Shown in pieces: positions 23,285 through 37,800 of a stretch of 64,000 nucleotides of DNA (within the stretch, counting starts at the first letter, position 1; each line of letters opens with the position of its first letter). Where the stretch lies: the NCBI GenBank assembly GCA_964016885.1, contig OZ024740.1:37758001-37822000 (forward strand). Reading direction: 5' to 3'. Under the pieces are notes generated by a model. That model saw nothing but the letters and a program-made list of their open reading frames with translations, ran no database searches and was not told where the DNA came from. The position numbers and the translations under genes were made by a program. Origin of the DNA: Eledone cirrhosa (Eukaryota).

Positions 23285-23702
23285 TTACATATTCCCTTTA
23301 TCTCTTTTGTTCCTATAAAAGCCGACCTTACCCATTACACCTCTCAAAGGTGATGACACACAACCGTGACCTCTGGCGTCACGCAGTAATACAGAAGACC
23401 CGACCCCCCACGGGTACAAACCGAAGATAAAGCATACAAAGTGGTCGTGGAGGTGCCATGGCAAAAAAGCACCCAGCCCACACTGTAAAGTTGACGTGTA
23501 GGCGCCACGGAAAAAAGCACCCATCACTCACTGTAAATGAGGTTGGTGTTAGGAAGGGCATCCAGCTGTAGAAATCAAGCCAGAATCAGTTCCCGTATGA
23601 GCAAGACAAGGTCAGCCGACCGGCTACTGTCCACAACAGGACAACCCGTCTAACCCATGCTAGCGTGGAAGAACGGACGTAAAACGGTGATGATGATGAT
23701 GA
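23285..23702 (+). mobile_element. SINE/LINE-tail element with an extended 5' part
   Basis: The 3' part matches the SINE module and ends in (GAT)n. The CpG-retaining 5' part partly resembles 10555-10600. Confidence 0.75.
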
Positions 23703-24877
23703 ACACTGTTCTTGTACCACTCTCTCTGTTCCTATAACTATTCTTGTATTATTTTCACCATGTTTCACTTACTCCTGTTGTATTTCCCACTCAATACTTC
23801 ATTCAAACCTTTTGTTTTAGAACTGCAACTTATGGCCATTTTCTTTTTATGTCAAGATCTTCAAAATTTCAATCTAAACTTCAACCACATTGTTATTATT
23901 CTCACCAGTATTGGAGGACCTAAAAAGGCTACAAAGCACTGCCTTCCTTTTTTCAAAATAAAATACTTGAAAAAAAAAAAAAAATAAAACTCTTTCAGCT
24001 GTAAGTAAGTTTCTTTTCTAATTCACATCTTGGAAAAAGGTTACTTAAATTTATTATTGCCAATTACAAAAAAGTGAATGTATTTTATATTTTCCTTTTA
24101 TAAAAACAATATAAAGTACATAGTGATCATGTAATAATTTGTTTAAAATGAAAGGTTAAAAATGACAATCTTTATTAACATTACAATAAATTTAAAAACC
24201 TGAGAAATATAATTACAAATAGTCAGATGTTTTAAAAGATACATTAAGATATTAATTTCTAGAGAATATCTTCCAGTATCCTCTCTATGTTCAGCCAATT
24301 ACTTATTTCATAAACACTATGCATGTAAGAAAGATAAATTTATTACACTGTGAGATACACATGCAAAACTATAGTTCTACCGATTTGCATTCTTGTTAAT
24401 TACAGTTGCAATTTAATGAAATAACAATTATACAAAAATAAATGTATCAGAAATTAAACGATAATTTCAATAACTTCTATTTTTACATATTTTATTAAAT
24501 TTGGTACATATGAGTATGCTCATGGTATGAGCACAGCAGAAATTGTTTCAATTTACAGTCTCACCAGATTGTCAGAATTCTTATAATAAATGATTGTTTT
24601 TTTTTTGTGTGTGTGTGTGTCTATACTGGCAACTTTTTTGTGTGTGTTTCTATAATGGTAGGTTTTTTTTATGTGTGTGTGCTTCTATACCGGCAGGTTT
24701 TCAACAAAATAAAAAATAATATTTCTCTGTTGTTTTCTTAATATTTCTGGAGACATGTCTAGTTGGATACTAAAACCATGTCTCTAAGAAGAAGATAAAC
24801 ATAAATAAAAACAAATTACAGACTGAGAATGAACCCAGTTTGATTTTCATTTACAATTTATACTGAATTAAGCATAT

Positions 24878-25216
24878 TTATGATGGAGGGAAAAACTCTA
24901 AAAAATCTTTTTTAACAGATTCTTCAATGACTTGTTGGTTGTTTAAAGGGTAAAAATTGCTGGAAGGAAGTATTTCAGAGTTTACTGATGTTCGATAATC
25001 AAATTCTGGAGCAGATCGAGATTTAGGAATGAAAGATCTTGGTGTTAATAATGTGTTGGAGGGTGTCAACGATGAAGGACTATTGGATTTTGAACCTTTT
25101 GATTCTTGATAAAGTGAGTTAAAAAATGGTTGTAATTCCATTAGAGATCTAATGTGGCTCATATTAAGTAGTGGCTGTCCCTGAACAACTTTTAAGCTTG
25201 ATATTTCTCCTTGAAT
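24878..25216 (-). CDS. Probable terminal coding exon of an unidentified gene (IQGEISSLKVVQGQPLLNMSHIRSLMELQPFFNSLYQESKGS...DFLEFFPPS*)
   Basis: Strong acceptor CTAAATTTCTTTTTACAG|, open frame to TAA at 24878, and an S/P-rich C-terminal tail. Followed by a repeat-poor AT-rich 3'UTR-like region with minus-strand AATAAA at 24171-24176. Family not recognised. Confidence 0.65.
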   Translation of the reverse strand: MQGEISSLKVVQGQPLLNMSHIRSLMELQPFFNSLYQESKGSKSNSPSSLTPSNTLLTPRSFIPKSRSAPEFDYRTSVNSEILPSSNFYPLNNQQVIEESVKKDFLEFFPPS

Positions 25217-25309
25217 CTGTAAAAAGAAATTTTAGGGTCTTAAATATAGACATTGCAATGTTTAAATATCACAATAGTTCTCACTCATTTCTCATCAATC
25301 CCAGACTAA

Positions 25310-25393
25310 CCTACAACACCAAACCTCATCTGTCCCACTTTCCCTACAACACCAAACCTTATTGTCCCACTTTCCCTACAACACCAAACCTTA
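25310..25393. repeat. ~31-33-bp short tandem repeat, ~2.5 units
   Basis: CCTACAACACCAAACCTYATYTGTCCCACTTTC. Confidence 0.8.
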
Positions 25394-25817
25394 TACAAAT
25401 CATTCATTCTAATGACCATATTATTCTTTTTTCCTCCACAAATTTTAAAACCTTTTAATGACTTCATTTTATGCACCTTCAACTTTCCATTGAAAGAGAG
25501 ACTTTCTACATATACTCTTTGGATATGGCAACAAAATATTTTAATCTTTATTGGTATTTTGCACTAGTAGTAGTAGTCATATGTTTCTTTATTTTGTAGT
25601 CACTTAATGGCAAGTGTTTAAATGTTGCAAAAATCATAAATGTAGAGGTGAACTTACTAAATAGATCAGTTAATAAAGTAGTAAATCATGGTTTGTAAGT
25701 TTATATCACCAAATAATATATTTAATTCTATTTTCTAATTAGAGAATGAATATCTCCCTTTCCGAAATAAGTCGCCCTCAACAGAATGAGAGAAATAATT
25801 TTCCAATAACCATTAAG

Positions 25818-28800
25818 ATATCTAGGTTTAAACAATGGTCCTATGGTTTATTACAGTTAAAAGACAGTATAGTGTGTGACAATACCTAGGTTTAAACAAT
25901 GGTCCTATGGTTCATTACAGTTAAAAGACAGTATAGTTTGTGACGATACCTAGGTTTTAACAATTGCCTTATAGTTTATTACAGTTAAAAGACAGTATAG
26001 TTTGTGACAATACCTAGGTTTAAACTATGGTCCTATGGTTTATTACAGTTAAAAGACAGTATAGTTTGTGACAATATCTAGGTTTAAACAATGGTCCTAT
26101 GGTTTATTACAGTTAAAAGACAGTATAGTTTGTGACAATACCTAGGTTTTAACAATGGTCCTATGGTTTATTACAGTTAAAAGACAGTATAGTTTGTGAC
26201 AATACCTAGGTTTAAACAATGGTCCTATGGTTTATTACAGTTAAAAGACAGTATAGTTTGTGACAATACCTAGGTTTAAACAATGGTCTTATGGTTTATT
26301 ACAGTTAAAAGACAGTATAGTTTGTGACAATATCTAGGTTTAAACAATGGTCTTATGGTTTATTACAGTTAAAAGACAGTATAGTTTGTGACAATACCTA
26401 GGTTTTAACAATGGTCCTATGGTTTATTACAGTTAAAAGACAGTATAGTTTGTGACAATACCTAGGTTTAAACAATGGTCCTATGGTTTATTACAGTTAA
26501 AAGACTGTATAGTTTGTGACAATACCTAGGTTTTAACAATTGCCTTATAGTTTATTACAGTTAAAAGACAGTATAGTTTGTAACAATACCTAGGTTTAAA
26601 CAATGGTCCTATGGTTTATTACAGTTAAAAGACAGTATAGTTTGTGACAATACCTAGGTTTAAACAATGGTCCTATGGTTTATTACAGTTAAAAGACAGT
26701 ATAGTTTGTGACAATACCTAGGTTTTAACAATGGTCCTATGGTTTATTACAGTTAAAAGACAGTATAGTTTGTGACAATACCTAGGTTTTAACAATGGTC
26801 TTATGGTTTATTACAGTTAAAAGACAGTATAGTTTGTGACTATACCTAGGTTTAAACAATGGTCCTATGGTTTATTACAGTTAAAAGACAGTATAGTTTG
26901 TGACAATATCTAGGTTTAAACAATGGTCCTATGGTTTATTACAGTTAAAAGACAGTATAGTTTGTGACAATACCTAGGTTTAAACAATGATCCTATGGTT
27001 TATTACAGTTAAAAGACAGTATAGTTTGTGACAATACCTAGGTTTAAACAATGGTCTTATGGTTTATTACAGTTAAAAGACAGTATAGTTTGTGACAATA
27101 TCTAGGTTTAAACAATGGTCCTATGGTTTATTACAGTTAAAAGACAGTATAGTTTGTGACAATACATAGGTTTTAACAATGGTCCTATGGTTTATTACAG
27201 TTAAAAGACAGTATAGTTTGTGACAATACCTAGGTTTAAACAATGGTCCTATGGTTTATTACAGTTAAAAGACAGTATAGTTTGTGACAATACCTAGGTT
27301 TAAACAATGGTCCTATGGTTTATTACAGTTAAAAGACAGTATAGTTTGTGACGATACCTAGGTTTTAACAATGGTCCTATGGTTTATTACAGTTAAAAGA
27401 CAATATAGTATGTGACAATATCTAGGTTTTAACAATGGTTCTATGGTTTATTACAGTTAAAAGACAGTATAGTTTGTGACAATATCTAGGTTTAAACAAT
27501 GGTCCTATGGTTTATTACAGTTAAACGACAGTATAGTTTGTGACAATACCTAGGTTTTAACAATGGTCCTATGGTTTATTACAGTTAAAAGACAGTATAG
27601 TTTGTGACAATACCTAGGTTTAAACAATGGTCCTATGGTTTATTACAGTTAAAAGACAGTATAGTGTGTGACAATACCTAGGTTTAAACAATGGTCCTAT
27701 GGTTTATTACGGTAAAAAGACAGTATAGTTTGTGACAATACCTAGGTTTAAACAATGGTCCTATGGTTTATTACAGTTAAAAGAGAGTATAGTTTGTGAC
27801 AATACCTAGGTTTTAAAATGGTCCTATAGTTTATTAGTTAAAAGACAGTATAGTTTGTGACAATACCTAGGTTTAAACAATGGTCCTATGGTTTATTACA
27901 GTTAAAAGACAGTATAGTTTGTGACAATACCTAGGTTTTAACAATGGTCCTATGGTTTATTAGTTAAAAGACAGTATAGTTTGTGACAATACCTAGGTTT
28001 AAACAATGGTCCTATGGTTTATTACAGTTAAAAGACAGTATAGTTTGTGACTATACCTAGGTTTAAACAATGGTCCTATGGTTTATTACAGTTAAAAGAC
28101 AGTATAGTTTGTGACAATATCTAGGTTTTAACAATGGTCCTATGGTTTATTACAGTTAAAAGACAGTATAGTTTGTGACAATACCTAGGTTTAAACAATG
28201 GTCCTATGGTTTATTACTGTTACAAGACAGTATAGTTTGTGACTATACCTAGGTTTAAACAATGGTCCTATGGTTTATTACAGTTAAAAGACAGTATAGT
28301 GTGTGACAATACCTAGGTTTAAACAATGGTCCTATGGTTTATTACGGTAAAAAGACAGTATAGTTTGTGACAATACCTAGGTTTAAACAATGGTCCTATG
28401 GTTTATTACAGTTCAAAGACAGTATAGATTGTGACAATACCTAGGTTTAAACAATGGTCCTATGGTTTATTACAGTTAAAAGACAGTATAGTTTGTGACA
28501 ATACCTAGGTTTAAACAATGGTCCTATGGTTTATTACAGTTAAAAGACAGTATAGTTTGTGACAATATCTAGGTTTAAACAATGGTCCTATGGTTTATTA
28601 TAGTTAAAAGACAGTATAGTTTGTGACAATACCTAGGTTTAAACAATGGTCGTATGGTTTATTACAGTTAAAAGACAGTATAGTTTGTGACAATACCTAG
28701 GTTTAAACAAGGGTCCTATGGTTTATTACAGTTAAAAGACAGTAAAGTTTGTGACAATACCAAGGTTTTAACAATGGTCCTATGGTTTATTACAGTTAAA

Positions 28801-31800
28801 AGACAGTATAGTTTGTGACAATACCTAGGTTTAAACAATGGTCCTATGGTTTATTACAGTTAAAAGACAGTATAGTTTGTGACAATACCTAGGTTTAAAC
28901 AATGGTCCTATGGTTTATTACAGTAAAAAGACAGTATAGTTTGGGACAATACCTAGGTTTAAACAATGGTCCTATGGTTTATTACAGTTAAAAGACAGTA
29001 TAGTTTGTGACAATACCTAGGTTTAAACAATGGTCCTATGGTTTATTACAGTTAAAAGACAGTATAGTTTGTGACTATACCTAGGTTTAAACAAGGTCCT
29101 ATGGTTTATTATAGTTAAAAGACAGTATAGTTTGTGACAATATCTAGGTTTAAACAATGGTCCTATAGTTTATTACAGTTAAAAGACAGTATAGTTTGTG
29201 ACAATACCTAGGTTTTAACAATGGTCCTATGGTTTATTACAGTTAAAAGACAGTATAGTTTGTGACAATACCTAGGTTTTAACAATGGCCCCATGGTTTA
29301 TTAGTTAAAAGACAGTATAGTTTGTGACAATACCTAGGTTTAAACAATGGTCCTATGGTTTATTACAGTTAAAAGACAGTATAGTTTGTGACAATACCTA
29401 GGTTTTAAAATGGTCCTATGGTTTATTAGTTAAAAGACAGTATAGTTTGTGACAATACCTAGGTTTAAACAATGGTCCTATGGTTTATTACAGTTAAAAG
29501 ACAGTATAGTTTGTGACAATACCTAGGTTTTAACAATGGTCCTATGGTTTATTAGTTAAAAGACAGTATAGTTTGTGACAATACCTAGGTTTAAACAATG
29601 GTCCTATGGTTTATTACAGTTAAAAGACAGTATAGTTTGTGACTATACCTAGGTTTAAACAATGGTCCTATGGTTTATTACAGTTAAAAGACAGTATAGT
29701 TTGTGACAATACCTAGGTTTAAACAATGGTCCTATGGTTTATTACAGTTAAAAGACAGTATAGTTTGTGACAATATCTAGGTTTTAACAATGGTCCTATG
29801 GTTTATTACAGTTAAAAGACAGTATAGTTTGTGACAATACCTAGGTTTAAACAATGGTCCTATGGTTTATTACTGTTACAAGACAGTATAGTTTGTGACT
29901 ATACCTAGGTTTAAACAATGGTCCTATGGTTTATTACAGTTAAAAGACAGTATAGTGTGTGACAATACCTAGGTTTAAACAATGGTCCTATGGTTTATTA
30001 CGGTAAAAAGACAGTATAGTTTGTGACAATACCTAGGTTTAAACAATGGTCCTATGGTTTATTACAGTTCAAAGACAGTATAGATTGTGACAATACCTAG
30101 GTTTAAACAATGGTCCTATGGTTTATTACAGTTAAAAGACAGTATAGTTTGTGACAATACCTAGGTTTAAACAATGGTCCTATGGTTTATTACAGTTAAA
30201 AGACAGTATAGTTTGTGACAATATCTAGGTTTAAACTATGATCCTATGGTTTATTATAGTTAAAAGACAGTATAGTTTGTGACAATACCTAGGTTTAAAC
30301 AATGGTCGTATGGTTTATTACAGTTAAAAGACAGTATAGTTTGTGACAATACCTAGGTTTAAACAATGGTCCTATGGTTTATTACAGTTAAAAGACAGTA
30401 AAGTTTGTGACAATACCAAGGTTTTAACAATGGTCCTATGGTTTATTACAGTTAAAAGACAGTATAGTTTGTGACAATACCTAGGTTTAAACAATGGTCC
30501 TATGGTTTATTACAGTTAAAAGACAGTATAGTTTGTGACAATACCTAGGTTTAAACAATGGTCCTATGGTTTATTACAGTAAAAAGACAGTATAATTTGG
30601 GACAATACCTAGGTTTAAACAATGGTCCTATGGTTTATTACAGTTAAAAGACAGTATAGTTTGTGACAATACCTAGGTTTAAACAATGGTCCTATGGTTT
30701 ATTACAGTTAAAAGACAGTATAGTTTGTGACTATACCTAGGTTTAAACAAGGTCCTATGGTTTATTATAGTTAAAAGACAGTATAGTTTGTGACAATATC
30801 TAGGTTTAAACAATGGTCCTATAGTTTATTACAGTTAAAAGACAGTATAGTTTGTGACAATACCTAGGTTTTAACAATGGTCCTATGGTTTATTACAGTT
30901 AAAAGACAGTATAGTTTGTGACAATACCTAGGTTTTAACAATGGTCCCATGGTTTATTAGTTAAAAGACAGTATAGTTTGTGACAATACCTAGGTTTAAA
31001 CAATGGTCCTATGGTTTATTACAGTTAAAAGACAGTATAGTTTGTGACAATACCTAGGTTTAAACAATGGTCCTATGGTTTATTACAGTTAAAAGACAGT
31101 ATAGTTTGTGCCAATACCTAGGTTTAAACAATGGTCCAATGGCTTATTACCGTTAAAAGACAGTATAGTTTGTGCCAATACCTAGGTTTAAACAATGGTC
31201 CTATGGTTTATTACAGTTAAAAGACAGTATAGTTTGTGACAATACCTAGGTTTAAACAATGGTCCTATGGTTTATTACAGTTAAAAGACAGTATAGTTTG
31301 TGACAATACCTAGGTTTAAACAATGGTCCTATGGTTTATTACAGTTAAAAGACAGTATAGTTTGTGCCAATACCTAGGTTTAAAGAATGGTCCTATGGTT
31401 TATTACAGTTAAAAGACAGTATAGTTTGTGCCAATACCTAGGTTTAAACAATGGTCCTATGGTTTATTACAGTTAAAAGACAGTATAGTTTGTGCCAATA
31501 CCTAGGTTTAAACAATGGTCCTATGGTTTATTACAGTTAAAAGACAGTATACTTTGTGACAATACCTAGGTTTAAACAATGGTCCTATGGTTTATTACAC
31601 TTAAAAGACAGTATAGTTTGTGACAATACCTAGGTTTAAACAATGGTCCTATGGTTTATTACAGTTAAAAGACAGTATAGTTTGTGACAATACCTAGGTT
31701 TAAACAATGGTCCTATGGTTTATTACAGTTAAAAGACAGTATAGTTTGTGACAATACCTAGGTTTAAACAATGGTCCTATGGTTTATTACACTTAAAAGA

Positions 31801-34800
31801 CAGTATAGTTTGTGACAATACCTAGGTTTAAACAATGGTCCTATGGTTTATTACAGTTAAAAGACAGTATAGTTTGTGACAATACCTAGGTTTTAACAAT
31901 GGTCCTATGGTTTATTACAGTTAAAAGACAGTATAGTTTGTGACAATACCTAGGTTTAAACAATGGTCCTATGGTTTATTACGGTAAAAAGACAGTATAG
32001 TTTGTGACAATACCTAGGTTTAAACAATGGTCCTATGGTTTATTACAGTTAAAAGACACTATAGTTTGTGACAATACCTAGGTTTAAACAATGGTCGTAT
32101 CGTTTATTACAGTTAAAAGACAGTATAGTTTGTGCCAATACCTAGGTTTAAACAATGGTCCTATGGTTTATTACAGTTAAAAGACAGTATAGTTTGTGAC
32201 AATACCTAGGTTTAAACAATGGTCCTATGGTTTATTACAGTTAAAGGACAGTATAGTTTGTGACAATACCTAGGTTTAAACAATGGTCCTATGGTTTATT
32301 ACAGTTAAAAGACAGTATAGTTTGTGACAATACCTAGGTTTAAACAATGGTCCTATGGTATATTACAGTTAAAAGACAGTATAGTTTGTGCCAATACCTA
32401 GGTTTAAACAATGGTCCTATGGTTTATTACAGTTAAAAGACAGTATAGTTTGTGCCAATACCTAGGTTTAAACAATGGTCCTATGGTTTATTACAGTTAA
32501 AAGACAGTATAGTTTGTGACAATACCTAGGTTTAAACAATGGTCCTATGGTTTATTACACTTAAAAGACAGTATAGTTTGTGACAATACCTAGGTGTAAA
32601 CAATGGTCCTATGGTTTATTACAGTTAAAAGACAGTATAGTTTGTGCCAATACCTAGGTTTAAACAATGGTCCTATGGTTTATTACAGTTAAAAGACAGT
32701 ATAGTTTGTGACAATACCTAGGTTTAAACAATGGTCCTATGGTTTATTACAGTTAAAAGACAGTATAGTTTGTGACAATATCTAGGTTTAAACAATGATC
32801 CTATGGTTTATTATAGTTAAAAGACAGTATAGTTTGTGACAATACCTAGGTTTAAACAATGGTCGTATGGTTTATTACAGTTAAAAGACAGTATAGTTTG
32901 TGACAATACCTAGGTTTAAACAATGGTCCTATGGTTTATTACAGTTAAAAGACAGTAAAGTTTGTGACAATACCAAGGTTTTAACAATGGTCCTATGGTT
33001 TATTACAGTTAAAAGACAGTATAGTTTGTGACAATACCTAGGTTTAAACAATGGTCCTATGGTTTATTACAGTTAAAAGACAGTATAGTTTGTGACAATA
33101 CCTAGGTTTAAACAATGGTCCTATGGTTTATTACAGTAAAAAGACAGTATAGTTTGGGACAATACCTAGGTTTAAACAATGGTCCTATGGTTTATTACAG
33201 TTAAAAGACAGTATAGTTTGTGACAATACCTAGGTTTAAACAATGGTCCTATGGTTTATTACAGTTAAAAGACAGTATAGTTTGTGACTATACCTAGGTT
33301 TAAACAAGGTCCTATGGTTTATTATAGTTAAAAGACAGTATAGTTTGTGACAATATCTAGGTTTAAACAATGGTCCTATAGTTTATTACAGTTAAAAGAC
33401 AGTATAGTTTGTGACAATACCTAGGTTTTAACAATGGTCCTATGGTTTATTACAGTTAAAAGACAGTATAGTTTGTGACAATACCTAGGTTTTAACAATG
33501 GTCCCATGGTTTATTAGTTAAAAGACAGTATAGTTTGTGACAATACCTAGGTTTAAACAATGGTCCTATGGTTTATTACAGTTAAAAGACAGTATAGTTT
33601 GTGACAATACCTAGGTTTAAACAATGGTCCTATGGTTTATTACAGTTAAAAGACAGTATAGTTTGTGACAATACCTAGGTTTAAACAATGGTCCTATGGT
33701 TTATTACAGTTAAAAGACAGTATAGTTTGTGACAATACCTAGGTTTAAACAATGGTCCTATGGTTTATTACAGTTAAAAGACAGTATAGTTTGTGCCAAT
33801 ACCTAGGTTTAAAGAATGGTCCTATGGTTTATTACAGTTAAAAGACAGTATAGTTTGTGCCAATACCTAGGTTTAAACAATGGTCCTATGGTTTATTACA
33901 GTTAAAAGACAGTATAGTTTGTGCCAATACCTAGGTTTAAACAATGGTCCTATGGTTTATTACAGTTAAAAGACAGTATACTTTGTGACAATACCTAGGT
34001 TTAAACAATGGTCCTATGGTTTATTACACTTAAAAGACAGTATAGTTTGTGACAATACCTAGGTTTAAACAATGGTCCTATGGTTTATTACAGTTAAAAG
34101 ACAGTATAGTTTGTGACAATACCTAGGTTTAAACAATGGTCCTATGGTTTATTACAGTTAAAAGACAGTATAGTTTGTGACAATACCTAGGTTTAAACAA
34201 TGGTCCTATGGTTTATTACACTTAAAAGACAGTATAGTTTGTGACAATACCTAGGTTTAAACAATGGTCCTATGGTTTATTACAGTTAAAAGACAGTATA
34301 GTTTGTGACAATACCTAGGTTTTAACAATGGTCCTATGGTTTATTACAGTTAAAAGACAGTATAGTTTGTGACAATACCTAGGTTTAAACAATGGTCCTA
34401 TGGTTTATTACGGTAAAAAGACAGTATAGTTTGTGACAATACCTAGGTTTAAACAATGGTCCTATGGTTTATTACAGTTAAAAGACACTATAGTTTGTGA
34501 CAATACCTAGGTTTAAACAATGGTCGTATCGTTTATTACAGTTAAAAGACAGTATAGTTTGTGCCAATACCTAGGTTTAAACAATGGTCCTATGGTTTAT
34601 TACAGTTAAAAGACAGTATAGTTTGTGACAATACCTAGGTTTAAACAATGGTCCTATGGTTTATTACAGTTAAAGGACAGTATAGTTTGTGACAATACCT
34701 AGGTTTAAACAATGGTCCTATGGTTTATTACAGTTAAAAGACAGTATAGTTTGTGACAATACCTAGGTTTAAACAATGGTCCTATGGTATATTACAGTTA

Positions 34801-37800
34801 AAAGACAGTATAGTTTGTGCCAATACCTAGGTTTAAACAATGGTCCTATGGTTTATTACAGTTAAAAGACAGTATAGTTTGTGCCAATACCTAGGTTTAA
34901 ACAATGGTCCTATGGTTTATTACAGTTAAAAGACAGTATAGTTTGTGACAATACCTAGGTTTAAACAATGGTCCTATGGTTTATTACACTTAAAAGACAG
35001 TATAGTTTGTGACAATACCTAGGTTTAAACAATGGTCCTATGGTTTATTACAGTTAAAAGACAGTATAGTTTGTGACAATACCTAGGTTTAAACAATGGT
35101 CCTATGGTTTATTACAGTTAAAAGACAGTATAGTTTGTGACAATACCTAGGTTTAAACAATGGTCCTATGGTTTATTACAGTTAAAAGACAGTATAGTTT
35201 GTGACAATACCTAGGTTTAAACAATGGTCCTATGGTTTATTACAGTTAAAAGACAGTATAGTTTGTGACAATACCTAGGTTTTAACAATGGTCCTATGGT
35301 TTATTACAGTTAAAAGACAGTATAGTTTGTGACAATAACTAGGTTTAAACAATGGTCCTATGGTTTATTACGGTAAAAAGACAGTATAGTTTCTGACAAT
35401 ACCTAGGTTTAAACAATGGTCCTATGGTTTATTACAGTTAAAAGAAAGTATAGTTTGTGACAATACCTAGGTTTAAACAATGGTCCTATGGTTTATTACA
35501 GTTAAAAGACAGTATAGTTTCTGACAATACCTAGGTTTAAACAATGGTACTATGGTTTATTACAGTTAAAAGAGAGTATAGTTTGTGACAATACCTAGGT
35601 TTTAAAATGGTCCTATGGTTTATTAGTTAAAAGACAGTATAGTTTGTGACAATACCTAAGTTTAAACAATGGTCCTATGGTTTATTACAGTTAAAAGACA
35701 GTATAGTATGTGACAATACCTAGGTTTTAACAATGGTCCTATGGTTTATTAGTTAAAAGACAGTATAGTTTGTGACAATACCTAGGTTTAAACAATGGTC
35801 CCATGGTTTATTACAGTTAAAGACAGTATAGTTTGTGACTATACCTAGGTTTAAACAATGGTCCTATGGTTTATTACAGTTAAAAGACAGTATAGTTTGT
35901 GACAATACCTAGGTTTAAACAATGGTCCTATGGTTTATTACAGTTAAAAGACAGTATAGTTTGTGACAATATCTAGGTTTTAACAATGGTCCTATGGTTT
36001 ATTACAGTTAAAAGACAGTATAGTTTGTGACAATACCTAGGTTTAAACAATGGTCCTATGGTTTATTACAGTTAAAAGACAGTATAGTTTGTGACAATAC
36101 CTAGGTTTAAACAATGGTCCTATGGTTTATTACAGTTAAAAGACAGTATAGTTTGTGACAATATCTAGCTTTAAACAATGGTCCTATGGTTTATTACAGT
36201 TAAAAGACAGTATAGTTTGTGACAATACCTAGGTTTAAACAATGGTCCTATGGTTTATTACAGTTAAAAGACAGTATATTTTGTGACAATACCTAGGTTT
36301 AAACAATGGTCCTATGGTTTATTACAGTTAAAAGACAGTATAGTTTGTGACAATACCTAGGTTTAAACAATGGTCCTATGGTTTATTACAGTTAAAAGAC
36401 AGTAAAGTTTGTGACAATACCAAGGTTTTAACAATGGTCCTATGGTTTATTACAGTTAAAAGACAGTATACTTTGTGACAATACCTAGGTTTAAACAATG
36501 GTCCTATGGTTTATTACACTTAAAAGAAAGTATAGTTTGTGACAATACCTAGGTTTAAACAATGGTCCTATGGTTTATTACAGTTAAAAGACAGTATAGT
36601 TTGTGACAATACCTAGGTTTAAACAATGGTCCTATGGTTTATTACAGTTAAAAGACAGTATAGTTTGTGACAATACCTAGGTTTAAACAATGGTCCTATG
36701 GTTTATTACACTTAAAAGACAGTATAGTTTGTGACAATACCTAGGTTTAAACAATGGTCCTATGGTTTATTACAGTTAAAAGACAGTATAGTTTGTGACA
36801 ATACCTAGGTTTTAACAATGGTCCTATGGTTTATTACAGTTAAAAGACAGTATAGTTTGTGACAATACCTAGGTTTAAACAATGGTCCTATGGTTTATTA
36901 CGGTAAAAAGACAGTATAGTTTGTGACAATACCTAGGTTTAAACAATGGTCCTATGGTTTATTACAGTTAAAAGACACTATAGTTTGTGACAATACCTAG
37001 GTTTAAACAATGGTCGTATCGTTTATTACAGTTAAAAGACAGTATAGTTTGTGCCAATACCTAGGTTTAAACAATGGTCCTATGGTTTATTACAGTTAAA
37101 AGACAGTATAGTTTGTGACAATACCTAGGTTTAAACAATGGTCCTATGGTTTATTACAGTTAAAGGACAGTATAGTTTGTGACAATACCTAGGTTTAAAC
37201 AATGGTCCTATGGTTTATTACAGTTAAAAGACAGTATAGTTTGTGACAATACCTAGGTTTAAACAATGGTCCTATGGTATATTACAGTTAAAAGACAGTA
37301 TAGTTTGTGCCAATACCTAGGTTTAAACAATGGTCCTATGGTTTATTACAGTTAAAAGACAGTATAGTTTGTGCCAATACCTAGGTTTAAACAATGGTCC
37401 TATGGTTTATTACAGTTAAAAGACAGTATAGTTTGTGACAATACCTAGGTTTAAACAATGGTCCTATGGTTTATTACACTTAAAAGACAGTATAGTTTGT
37501 GACAATACCTAGGTTTAAACAATGGTCCTATGGTTTATTACAGTTAAAAGACAGTATAGTTTGTGACAATACCTAGGTTTAAACAATGGTCCTATGGTTT
37601 ATTACAGTTAAAAGACAGTATAGTTTGTGACAATACCTAGGTTTAAACAATGGTCCTATGGTTTATTACAGTTAAAAGACAGTATAGTTTGTGACAATAC
37701 CTAGGTTTAAACAATGGTCCTATGGTTTATTACAGTTAAAAGACAGTATAGTTTGTGACAATACCTAGGTTTTAACAATGGTCCTATGGTTTATTACAGT

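Noticed and set aside
25171-25458. 95-aa plus-strand ORF
   Set aside because: Overlaps an antisense exon and a short tandem repeat, with no coding signal.
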